A stretch of DNA of 64,000 nt from Methanocaldococcus indicus. Its GTDB lineage: Archaea > AGJL01 > Methanococci > Methanococcales > Methanocaldococcaceae. Every line of letters begins with the position of its first letter. The first letter of the stretch is position 1. Positions 21,159 to 29,648 of this stretch are shown in pieces. The stretch lies in assembly GCF_049554935.1 (NCBI RefSeq), contig NZ_CP186926.1:1184001-1248000 (forward strand). The letters are read 5' to 3'. Below the pieces are notes generated by a model. The model had not been told where the DNA came from. It saw only the letters and a list, made by a program, of their open reading frames with translations, and ran no database searches. A program made the position numbers and the translations under genes.

Positions 21159-21225
21159 TCAAACATTAAAATTATTTCTGATTTATTTTATTATTAGATT
21201 TTTAACTTTATTATTAGTTTTTGAT

Positions 21226-21245
21226 TGCCCAGCACCGAGCTTAAA
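21226..21245 (-). repeat. 3' arm of long-range inverted repeat in selD mRNA (overlaps stop codon)
   Basis: + strand TGCCCAGCACCGAGCTT (21226-21242) is the exact reverse complement of 22195-22211. Confidence 0.95.
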
Positions 21246-22257
21246 CTTCTAAAACTTTAACATCTTTACTTAAATAAGCTTTATTCCCTTTTCTTTTTAC
21301 TTCTCCAACTTCAAATGCATAAACTACTTTTTCTAATTCACTAATTAAATCATCCTTATACTCTCTTTTTGTAGATATTAACAAACCTCCTGCAGTTTCA
21401 GCAGAATAACCTTCTAATAATGGATGCCCAAAATTTTTACTTAGTTCTGGTGTCCCTCTAATACATGGTAGAAGATTTATTTCAATATCTACACCACTAA
21501 ATTTAGCAATATCATTTGCATGCCCTAATAAACCAAATCCAGTAACATCAGTTAAAGCATTTGCTATTTTATCTCCAACTTTTTTCTCAGCTTTTCTTAA
21601 AGCCAATAAGGATTTTCTATTAGATGTTGTCATTAACTCAATTGCTTTATTTATTATATATTCAGCTTCTTCTTTTGATATATTTAACATATCTCTAAAT
21701 TCTTCTGGCACTCTACTCAATGCCATTGCCGGCTGTGTTCCTAATGGTTTAGTTAAAATTAAGACATCTCCCACATTAGCTCCTTTTTTTGTTAATAGTT
21801 CTTCCTCACGTCCAACTCCTGTAACTGCTCCACCAATTAATGGCCAGGGATTCAGTATAGTGTGTCCTCCAACAATTGATGTTTTATCTTCTCTACAAAA
21901 ATCTTGGAATCCTTTTAACATATCCTTAGCCATTTGTATAGGCATCTTTTCAGGAATTCCTACAATTGCAAGAACACCAACAACATCTAAAAATCCCATA
22001 GCATAAATATCACTTAAAGAGTTGCAAGCAGCAATTTTTCCCTGAATGTAGGGATTATCTACAATTGGAGTAAAGACATCTACTGTCTTAGCAATTAATA
22101 AATTACCTCTTTTTATAACAGATGCATCATCTCCTAAACCAACAACACAATCTTTTAAATCTTCATCTAAAACTATGCCTTTAACTAAATTTTCAAGCTC
22201 GGTGCTGGGCAGCTTACAAGCTCATCCATGTAGTTTAACCATCTCAGTTAATCTCAT
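21241..22257 (-). CDS. selD: selenophosphate synthetase (selenide, water dikinase), selenoprotein with Sec at codon 12
   Basis: ATG at 22257 after GGTGA; MRLTEMVKLHG-UGA-ACKLPSTEL; UGA at 22224-22222; GDDAS, TVDVFTP, TDVTGFGLLGH, ETAGGLL; 338 aa; the ORF track shows only the C-terminal 252 aa. Confidence 0.96.
22192..22211 (-). repeat. 5' arm of long-range inverted repeat in selD mRNA, starting 11 nt after the Sec UGA
   Basis: + strand AAGCTCGGTGCTGGGCA (22195-22211) is complementary to 21226-21242. Confidence 0.95.
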
Positions 22258-22438
22258 ATTTTATCACCATCTTATAAACTAATTCATAAATCAACTTTAA
22301 AATAATTAACTCAAAAAATAATAAATTTTATCAAAAGATTTTATTTAGCTTGGTATGGATATTAAAGAATTTTATGAAAAATAGAAGATATTAAAAATTC
22401 TAATATGGTTAATTCAATAAAATATAATTTCAAATAAA

Positions 22439-23524
22439 TTAATAAATAATTTTATCTAACATATCAAATTCTAAAGCTAATTTTATTTCTCTTGCTATTC
22501 TTTGACCCATACTCATTGGTTCATTATATAGTATGTAAGAATAAGGAGAACCATTCATAAAGCTGTTTGTTCCTCCATCTATTCTTGCAGACATTTCAAA
22601 GACAACCAACTCTAAATTTTCTGTGCATAAACTTTGTAAGCAGAAAGGACCAACAATTCCAGGAGGAACTAACTCCTTGGCTGATTTAACTAATTTATCT
22701 CCCATATCAAACACTAATGGTAATAAGCTCTCTCTTATCACTACTGGAAAGTTCCCAGTTATTACATAACTTGGTTCCATATCTAACTCTAACTGTTCCT
22801 TAGCAGGAATTCTAACTAATCCATCAATATTGCTCTCATATCTTCTATCTATTCCTAAAAGCTCAACTTCATTTTTTAATGGTGAATAGAAATAATGTAG
22901 GCAATAGTTGGCTCCAACAACATACTCCTCTATATGTGCTCTTTCAATATCTTCATCATCTAAAATTCCTCTTTCTTTTAAAAGATTTGCTTTTTTGTAA
23001 AACTCTTCTTTTGAATTAGCTATGAAATAACCTTTTCCTCCTCTTGCTCCTGGAAATTTTACTATAACTGCTCTATCTATCTCATCAGGAGAATTAAATT
23101 TTTTAGGAATTCTTATATTTCCATTCTCTAAAATTTTTCTTTCTAAATCTCTCTCAGCTTCCCATCTTAATATCTTCCTATTTCCAAACATTGGAACTAA
23201 AAAGTTATTCTCAATATTATCTAAACCACAATATGCAATAAATGAACCATGAGGGACAACTATGGCATTTAACTCTCTTAATTTCTCTTGAACTTCTTCA
23301 TTTTTTATATCTTTAAAGTCATCTATGTAAATAAATTTATCAGCCACTCTAAACCTTTTGTATGGAACATCTCTCCCTTTTACAGTTATACAGACTGTTG
23401 AAAATCCTTCTAACTTAGCTCCTTTTAATATATGGAGAGCTGTATGACTTCCTACTGTTGCAATAGTTATTTCATCCCTATTGTATGTATCTAAAATTTC
23501 AAGAATTTCTTCTTTCTTTATCAT
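22439..23524 (-). CDS. purP: FAICAR synthetase (AICAR-formate ligase, ATP-grasp)
   Basis: GSHTALHIL, PHGSF, GARGGKGYF, GIDRRYESN, FEMSARIDGGTN. Confidence 0.93.
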   Translation of the reverse strand: MIKKEEILEILDTYNRDEITIATVGSHTALHILKGAKLEGFSTVCITVKGRDVPYKRFRVADKFIYIDDFKDIKNEEVQEKLRELNAIVVPHGSFIAYCGLDNIENNFLVPMFGNRKILRWEAERDLERKILENGNIRIPKKFNSPDEIDRAVIVKFPGARGGKGYFIANSKEEFYKKANLLKERGILDDEDIERAHIEEYVVGANYCLHYFYSPLKNEVELLGIDRRYESNIDGLVRIPAKEQLELDMEPSYVITGNFPVVIRESLLPLVFDMGDKLVKSAKELVPPGIVGPFCLQSLCTENLELVVFEMSARIDGGTNSFMNGSPYSYILYNEPMSMGQRIAREIKLALEFDMLDKIIY

Positions 23525-24588
23525 TATTCCACTCTTTTCATTTTCAATCTTGAAATTTTTCTGATTTCATCAAAGTTAATCTTTTCATCAATATGTACAT
23601 ATCCATTATATACAGCTCTCTTGAATAATCCTTCTCCCCATTTATTTCTTATTAGAACTGTTGAGTAGTTCTCTCCACTACCTACGTTACCAATAGAAAT
23701 ATCTGCCTTTTGAGCTGTGAAGTCATTACAAAACTTACAACCTTCTCTCATAGCTTTTTCAATATCAACTAATTTATATTTTTTGGATGTCCCATCAATC
23801 AAGTATATATTTAACTTCCCTTTACTAATCTCCATCTTTTTTATTTCCCAAGGTTCTATATTGTCCTTTTTTAATATCTCAACTAACTTATTATAATCAT
23901 AAATCTCAAAACAAAACAATCCTATTTTAAACTTAATAGCTTTTCTAAATGGTGCTAATAAATCATTATCAGATGCTAAGATTTTAGCAACAGCATCCAT
24001 AACACATGGAGTCCCAACTATTGCTAACCTCTCTAACTTTTCTTCCATAACAGCTCTTTTTAATGCTCTTAATGGTGGTTCTCTCCATAAATATTTACTT
24101 CCTGCTGTTTTTAAAACATCTTCTTTATTTTTAGCTAAATATGAGTAAGGAGAGAGAGTAAATCTGTCTATATTCATTACAATAGCTCCATCTATTAAAT
24201 CCTCTTCAAATGCATTATATAAAATAGATGAAACTACTCCCCCATTTTGAGCATATTTAATATTTAATGTTGATTTTGCAGCATAAGCTTTTAAATAGTT
24301 TCCAATTTCATCACTTACATAATAGTTTCCTACTCTTGGACATGCATCATAACAAGCCCCACAAGGGACATCATAAACAGTAGTTTTACAAAACTCTGCA
24401 GATATTGGATAATGTCTCTCTTCTTCATAAGTAGCTATACAAAAAGAACAGCTATCACACTCAAACTTTACAGGACTCTCCTCTTTAAAATATAAATTAT
24501 CTGCTGGACACACAGATGTGCAAGCTCCACATCCAGAACATCTATGTTTATTCCACACCTCTAACTCTAAATCTTTGTATGTTTTCAT
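23524..24588 (-). CDS. coenzyme F420 hydrogenase beta (FrhB)-family subunit with ferredoxin domain, glutamate synthase-associated
   Basis: CSGCGACTSVCP, QNGGVVS, AGSKY, GTPC, IGLFCFE, CKFCNDF, ADISIG. Confidence 0.88.
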   Translation of the reverse strand: MKTYKDLELEVWNKHRCSGCGACTSVCPADNLYFKEESPVKFECDSCSFCIATYEEERHYPISAEFCKTTVYDVPCGACYDACPRVGNYYVSDEIGNYLKAYAAKSTLNIKYAQNGGVVSSILYNAFEEDLIDGAIVMNIDRFTLSPYSYLAKNKEDVLKTAGSKYLWREPPLRALKRAVMEEKLERLAIVGTPCVMDAVAKILASDNDLLAPFRKAIKFKIGLFCFEIYDYNKLVEILKKDNIEPWEIKKMEISKGKLNIYLIDGTSKKYKLVDIEKAMREGCKFCNDFTAQKADISIGNVGSGENYSTVLIRNKWGEGLFKRAVYNGYVHIDEKINFDEIRKISRLKMKRVE

Positions 24589-24600
24589 GTCCTCACCTTC

Positions 24601-25374
24601 TTAAAATAAATCAGGAGTATATAGCTTACCAAATGGTCTTTTGGATATAGGTGCTATTTTTGTCCATTTTGAATATAGTAAGTCATCAAACTTATCCTCT
24701 AAATTGAAATATTTACAAAAATCTTTAACATCTTCTTCAATATTTTTTAAATCCTCATCAGTGAATTCTTTTATATCAGCTGCAACACCAAGCTGTTTCT
24801 TGTCTATATTTCCTCTTATGTAAATAACTCCTCCATGTATTCCTGTCCCTATCATTCTCCCCTTTATCTTTCCTAAATCATTTCCCTTCTCATCAATATT
24901 TAGAACAATTATTTTTCCTCCAGCCATATACTCTCCTAAGAAATCCTTAGCAGTTCCTCCTATAACAAGAACAGGAACCTTATCTTTATATGCCTTCATA
25001 TGTATTCCACTTCTATAACCAACATCTCCTCTAACAAAAACCTTTCCTCCTCTCATTGAATGAGCAGTAACATCTCCACTGTTTCCATATATTATAATTC
25101 TTCCATCATCCATAGTGTTTCCAGGAGCAAATTCACAGTTTCCATATACATAAATTGTTGGACCACTCATAAACATTCCTAAATCTCCACCAGGTGTTCC
25201 ATATATCTCAATAGTTAAATCTTTTTTTCTTAATCCATTAGCTATAAACCTCTGTCCTAAAACATTCTTTAAAATTATCTTTTTTAAGTCAGAATTTTCC
25301 TCAATAACTTTATGAATTTTTTCATTAAGTTCTCTATAATGTAAATCCTTAGCATCTATTTCAACAACTTCCAT
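24601..25374 (-). CDS. glutamate synthase GXGXG beta-helix subunit (GltB domain 3)
   Basis: GQRFIANG, GTPGGDLG, DFLGEYMAGG, GTGIHGG repeats. Confidence 0.88.
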   Translation of the reverse strand: MEVVEIDAKDLHYRELNEKIHKVIEENSDLKKIILKNVLGQRFIANGLRKKDLTIEIYGTPGGDLGMFMSGPTIYVYGNCEFAPGNTMDDGRIIIYGNSGDVTAHSMRGGKVFVRGDVGYRSGIHMKAYKDKVPVLVIGGTAKDFLGEYMAGGKIIVLNIDEKGNDLGKIKGRMIGTGIHGGVIYIRGNIDKKQLGVAADIKEFTDEDLKNIEEDVKDFCKYFNLEDKFDDLLYSKWTKIAPISKRPFGKLYTPDLF

Positions 25375-25408
25375 AACCTATCCCCTCAAAAAAATAAAAA
25401 AGGTTTTT

Positions 25409-26920
25409 TTATTCACCAGCAGCTTTAATTCCTAATATTTCAAGCTCTTTCTCAGTTAATCCAACTCCTCTTAATCTATCTCTATTACCTCTTAGACTTT
25501 CTATTGCATTAATTCCATTAGCTCCTAAGAGTTCTTTTATTTCATGTGTCCAAGCTTTTATTAAGTTTGCTACTCTTTCAGCTCCTTTTTCTGGGTCTAA
25601 TCTTTTAACTAACTCTGGTCTTTGTGTTGCTATTCCCCATGCACATAATCCTGTGTAACATCTACCACAAACTCTACATCCAAGTGCTACCATTGCAGCT
25701 GTTCCTATATAAACAGCATCTGCTCCCAAAGCAATTGCTTTAAATACATCTGCTGAATTTCTAATTCCACCACTTGCTATAATACTTATCTCATTTCTTA
25801 AACCTTCTTCTCTTAATCTTCTATCCACAGTAGCAATTGCCATCTCTATAGGAATTCCTACATGGTCTCTAAATACCTTTGGAGCTGCTCCTGTTCCTCC
25901 TCTATATCCATCTATAACAACTGCATCAGCATCACTTGTGGCTATACCAACTGCAATTGCAGGAGCATTGTGAACAGCAGATATTTTAACAAACACTGGC
26001 TTTTTCCATCTTGTTGCCTCTTTTAAACTTCTAACTAATTGTGCTAAATCTTCAATTGAATATATATCATGGTGAGGAGCTGGGGATATAGCATCACTTC
26101 CCTCAGGAATCATCCTTGTTGCAGATATCTCTGCTGTAACTTTTTCTCCTGGAAGATGCCCACCAATTCCTGGCTTAGCTCCTTGTCCTATTTTTATCTC
26201 AATAGCTGCTCCTTTTTCTAAATATTCAGGAGTAACTCCAAATCTTCCACTTGCAACTTGTGTAATTATGTTAGATGCATAAGGATATAGTTCTTTTGGC
26301 AATCCTCCTTCCCCTGTTCCCATAAATGTTCCACATTCTTTAACAGCTTTGGCAAAAGATAAATGAGCATTTAATGATAAAGCTCCATAAGACATGTGTG
26401 CAATCATTATAGGAGTATCTAACTTTAAATTAGGGGCTATCTTTGTTTTCAATTTAACTTTTTTGTATTCATCAAATTCTATCTCCAACTGTTTAGGTTT
26501 CTTTCCTATGTATGTCCTTAATTCCATTGGTTCTCTTAGAGGGTCAATAGATGGGTTAGTTACTTGACATGCATCTAATACAATTCTATCAAAATATACA
26601 GGATGTTCCATAGCATTTGCCATTCCACTTAATAATATCTTTCCAGTTTTTGCTTGATTGTAGTTATCTCTCCTTATATCTGCTGTCCATAGTGGATGGC
26701 TCCTCCAATCAACTGGCTCCTCTATTATTGTTATAGCATTTCTTGGACACATTGCTACACATCTATGACATGCTCCACATCTATTGGGGTAGATAACTAT
26801 CCTATCTCTCTCTTTCCTATAAACTCCCCAGGAACATTCTACTGTACATCTACCACATAGCATACATCTACTATAATCAATAACTGGCTGATACTTTGGT
26901 GGCACATAACTTGGAATCAT
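25409..26920 (-). CDS. gltB: archaeal glutamate synthase FMN-binding subunit with N-terminal ferredoxin
   Basis: MSYGALS, TGEGG, QVASGRFGV, KIGQGAKPGIGGHLPG, CRVCGRCYTGLC. Confidence 0.93.
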   Translation of the reverse strand: MIPSYVPPKYQPVIDYSRCMLCGRCTVECSWGVYRKERDRIVIYPNRCGACHRCVAMCPRNAITIIEEPVDWRSHPLWTADIRRDNYNQAKTGKILLSGMANAMEHPVYFDRIVLDACQVTNPSIDPLREPMELRTYIGKKPKQLEIEFDEYKKVKLKTKIAPNLKLDTPIMIAHMSYGALSLNAHLSFAKAVKECGTFMGTGEGGLPKELYPYASNIITQVASGRFGVTPEYLEKGAAIEIKIGQGAKPGIGGHLPGEKVTAEISATRMIPEGSDAISPAPHHDIYSIEDLAQLVRSLKEATRWKKPVFVKISAVHNAPAIAVGIATSDADAVVIDGYRGGTGAAPKVFRDHVGIPIEMAIATVDRRLREEGLRNEISIIASGGIRNSADVFKAIALGADAVYIGTAAMVALGCRVCGRCYTGLCAWGIATQRPELVKRLDPEKGAERVANLIKAWTHEIKELLGANGINAIESLRGNRDRLRGVGLTEKELEILGIKAAGE

Positions 26921-26925
26921 ACTTA

Positions 26926-28014
26926 TCACTTCCAAACTCTTGCTATTACTGGCTCTCCTGCATCAGGCATCCAAACTCTATCTAAGTTAGAGCATATCTT
27001 CCTTATAGCTGATTCTTCACTTGAAACAAATAATAAATCATCTTTTTCAGCTGCAACTAATGGTCTTAGTTTTATTCTATCTGTTAGCCCAAACATTGTT
27101 GTATCTTCTTCTATCTCTCCATTCATAAACAATAGTCCTCCTGGTGTAGCAACTGCAATAGCAAAAGGTCCATTTAACATAGCTCCTCCATAAGTTAATC
27201 TAATAGCTTTGTGCAACTCTCTCTCTTCCTCTGGCATATCATCAATTTCATTCCAGAATCTTGGAGCTAATGCAGTTGTTGCTAATTCCAAAGGTAATCT
27301 ATGCTTTCTTAATAATAAATCTAATATGTAGGTAACAACCTCAGTATCAGTTAATAATCTACACTTATAACCAAACATTTCTACAAATCTTCTATTTGTT
27401 CCATAACTTGTTATCTCACCATTATGGACTACACTCCAATTTAGTAAGTTGAATGGATGTGCTCCTCCCCACCAGGCTTTTGTGTTTGTTGGATATCTTG
27501 CATGAGCTAACCATAAATAACCTTCATACTTATCTATTCTAAAAAATTCAGCTACCTCTTCTGGCCATCCAACAGCTTTAAAAACACCTAAATCTTTACC
27601 ACTTGATATAACATAAGCCCCATCTACATTGTCATTAATTTCCATAACAATATCTACAATAACATCCTCTTCTCTATCTGAATATTTTTCATCAACTTCA
27701 TAAAAGTATCTCCATGGAATATGAACTTTTTCAATTATTCCTTCCTCAGTAGGGATTTCTTCATCCTTAACTATTGTTCCATACTGTTCTAAAACATTTT
27801 CAACAGCAACTTTTATTTTTTCAAATTTTGGGCTGTTATCTATTAATATATGAAAAGCATAGCAATCTTTGTATTTTGTTGGATAAATTCCATAACCAAC
27901 ATATCCAGAACCTTTACCATTACCTCTTTCTTTTAAACTACATAATCCCAAAGCTATTTTTTTTCCATTAATCATCTTTTTTTTTCTACTCATAAAACCA
28001 ATAATTCCACACAT
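26926..28014 (-). CDS. glutamate synthase class II glutamine amidotransferase subunit (GltB domain 1)
   Basis: N-terminal MCGIIG nucleophile Cys, [20 protein letters not shown]. Confidence 0.9.
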   Translation of the reverse strand: MCGIIGFMSRKKKMINGKKIALGLCSLKERGNGKGSGYVGYGIYPTKYKDCYAFHILIDNSPKFEKIKVAVENVLEQYGTIVKDEEIPTEEGIIEKVHIPWRYFYEVDEKYSDREEDVIVDIVMEINDNVDGAYVISSGKDLGVFKAVGWPEEVAEFFRIDKYEGYLWLAHARYPTNTKAWWGGAHPFNLLNWSVVHNGEITSYGTNRRFVEMFGYKCRLLTDTEVVTYILDLLLRKHRLPLELATTALAPRFWNEIDDMPEEERELHKAIRLTYGGAMLNGPFAIAVATPGGLLFMNGEIEEDTTMFGLTDRIKLRPLVAAEKDDLLFVSSEESAIRKICSNLDRVWMPDAGEPVIARVWK

Positions 28015-28133
28015 ATGAGAAACACCTCAATATCAATTAAAAGAGTATTTATAGATATAGAGAGGTAATATTTAAAATATTATTGTATGATATTAAGAAT
28101 ATTTAGTAAGGTTATTAGATGAGGTTATAGGTT

Positions 28134-29009
28134 ATGGAACTAACATTTATTCAGAAGGAGATTCTCCAAGAATTAATAAATATTTATAGAGAAAAAAATT
28201 GTCCAGTTAAAGGGACTGAAATAGCTTTAAGATTAAATAGAAATCCAGGAACTATAAGAAACCAAATGCAGGCTTTAAGAGCTTTGGATTTAGTTGATGG
28301 AGTTCCAGGACCTAAGGGAGGTTATGTTCCTACAAGTAAAGCATATAGAGTTTTGGGATTAGAAGATGAAGGAGAGATTATAGTTCCAATATATAAGAAT
28401 GGAAATAAAGTAGAAGGTGTGAAAGTTGTTAAGATAGAGTTTGATACTGTAAGTTATGAGAAGTGTTGTTTATCTAAAATATACATTGAAGGAGATACTA
28501 AACTCTTTAATATTGGAGATATTATAAAGGTTGGACCTACATATCATAATAAGATTATTATTTATGGAAGAATTATTGGAAGAGATGATATTCATAGAAT
28601 TTTGTTACTGGATGTATTTAGAGTTTGTAGTATTCCAAATGTCAAAGTTGGTGATATTGGTATAAAGAAAGTATATACCATCTCCCCAAATAATAGTTTA
28701 ATAGATGTTGCTAAATTATTTAATGAGAAAGATATTAGTGGAGCTCCTGTAGTTGAAAATAATAAAATTATAGGAATGATAACAATCCATGATTTAATTA
28801 AGAATATTGATAATATTAACAATAAACTTGTTAAAGATGTAATGTCAAAAAGAGTTATAACTATAAATAAAGATGAGAAGGTATATAATGCTTTAAAAAT
28901 TATGAATAAATACAACATTGGGAGATTACCAATAGTGGAAGATGATAAGTTAATTGGTATAATAACAAGGACAGATATTTTAAAATTACTTAGTGGAGAT
29001 ATTAACTAA
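28134..29009 (+). CDS. winged-HTH + CBS-pair transcriptional regulator
   Basis: N-terminal HTH (VKGTEIA..NPGTIRNQMQAL..GPKGGY), two C-terminal CBS domains. Confidence 0.85.
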   Translation: MELTFIQKEILQELINIYREKNCPVKGTEIALRLNRNPGTIRNQMQALRALDLVDGVPGPKGGYVPTSKAYRVLGLEDEGEIIVPIYKNGNKVEGVKVVKIEFDTVSYEKCCLSKIYIEGDTKLFNIGDIIKVGPTYHNKIIIYGRIIGRDDIHRILLLDVFRVCSIPNVKVGDIGIKKVYTISPNNSLIDVAKLFNEKDISGAPVVENNKIIGMITIHDLIKNIDNINNKLVKDVMSKRVITINKDEKVYNALKIMNKYNIGRLPIVEDDKLIGIITRTDILKLLSGDIN

Positions 29010-29030
29010 TAATATTATATATTGGAGATT

Positions 29031-29648
29031 ATGATGACATTCTTAGAGATATTAGGGCTTATAACCTTAATTTTTATTATAATTCTACTATTTTCTTTAA
29101 TACTAATATTAATAATTGGATTTATTTTGATTAAAAAGAAAAAGTTAATATTACCTGAATTAGCTCTTTATATATTTGATACACTCTATTCCTTTATTTT
29201 GAAAATTTTTCTATATTTTGGTTCAGAAGATACATTTTATCATATTGGAGTTGAATTTTATAATAAATACTATGAAGAGAAATATAAACAAACTAAAAAA
29301 AGGATATTAATTTTACCTCATTGTTTAAGAGCACAAAATTGTCCTGCTAAATTGAATAGTAATGGAATTGATTGCATAATGTGTGGAAAATGTAGTATTT
29401 CAACAATTTATAAAGTAGCTATTGAGAAAGGTTATAAAGTTTATATAATTCCTGGCTCAACATTTGTTAAAAGAATTATTAAGTTAGAAAAGCCTGAGGC
29501 AGTTTTTGGAGTAGCTTGTAATAGAGACCTATTTTTTGGAATGAATATGCTATCAAGGAAAAAAATAATTCCTCAAGGACAACCATTATTAAAAGATGGA
29601 TGCATAAATACTATTGTAGATGTAGATGAATTAATTAGGAGATTATAG
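29031..29648 (+). CDS. DUF116 family membrane-anchored Cys-rich protein
   Basis: LPHCLR..CPA..CIMCGKC..PGST..GVAC..DGC motifs. Confidence 0.8.
   Translation: MMTFLEILGLITLIFIIILLFSLILILIIGFILIKKKKLILPELALYIFDTLYSFILKIFLYFGSEDTFYHIGVEFYNKYYEEKYKQTKKRILILPHCLRAQNCPAKLNSNGIDCIMCGKCSISTIYKVAIEKGYKVYIIPGSTFVKRIIKLEKPEAVFGVACNRDLFFGMNMLSRKKIIPQGQPLLKDGCINTIVDVDELIRRL

Noticed and set aside
21226-22211. selD inverted repeat as terminal repeats of a mobile element or invertible segment
   Set aside because: One arm encodes conserved active-site-proximal residues, there is no target duplication or recombinase, and inversion would destroy the gene; RNA pairing fits better
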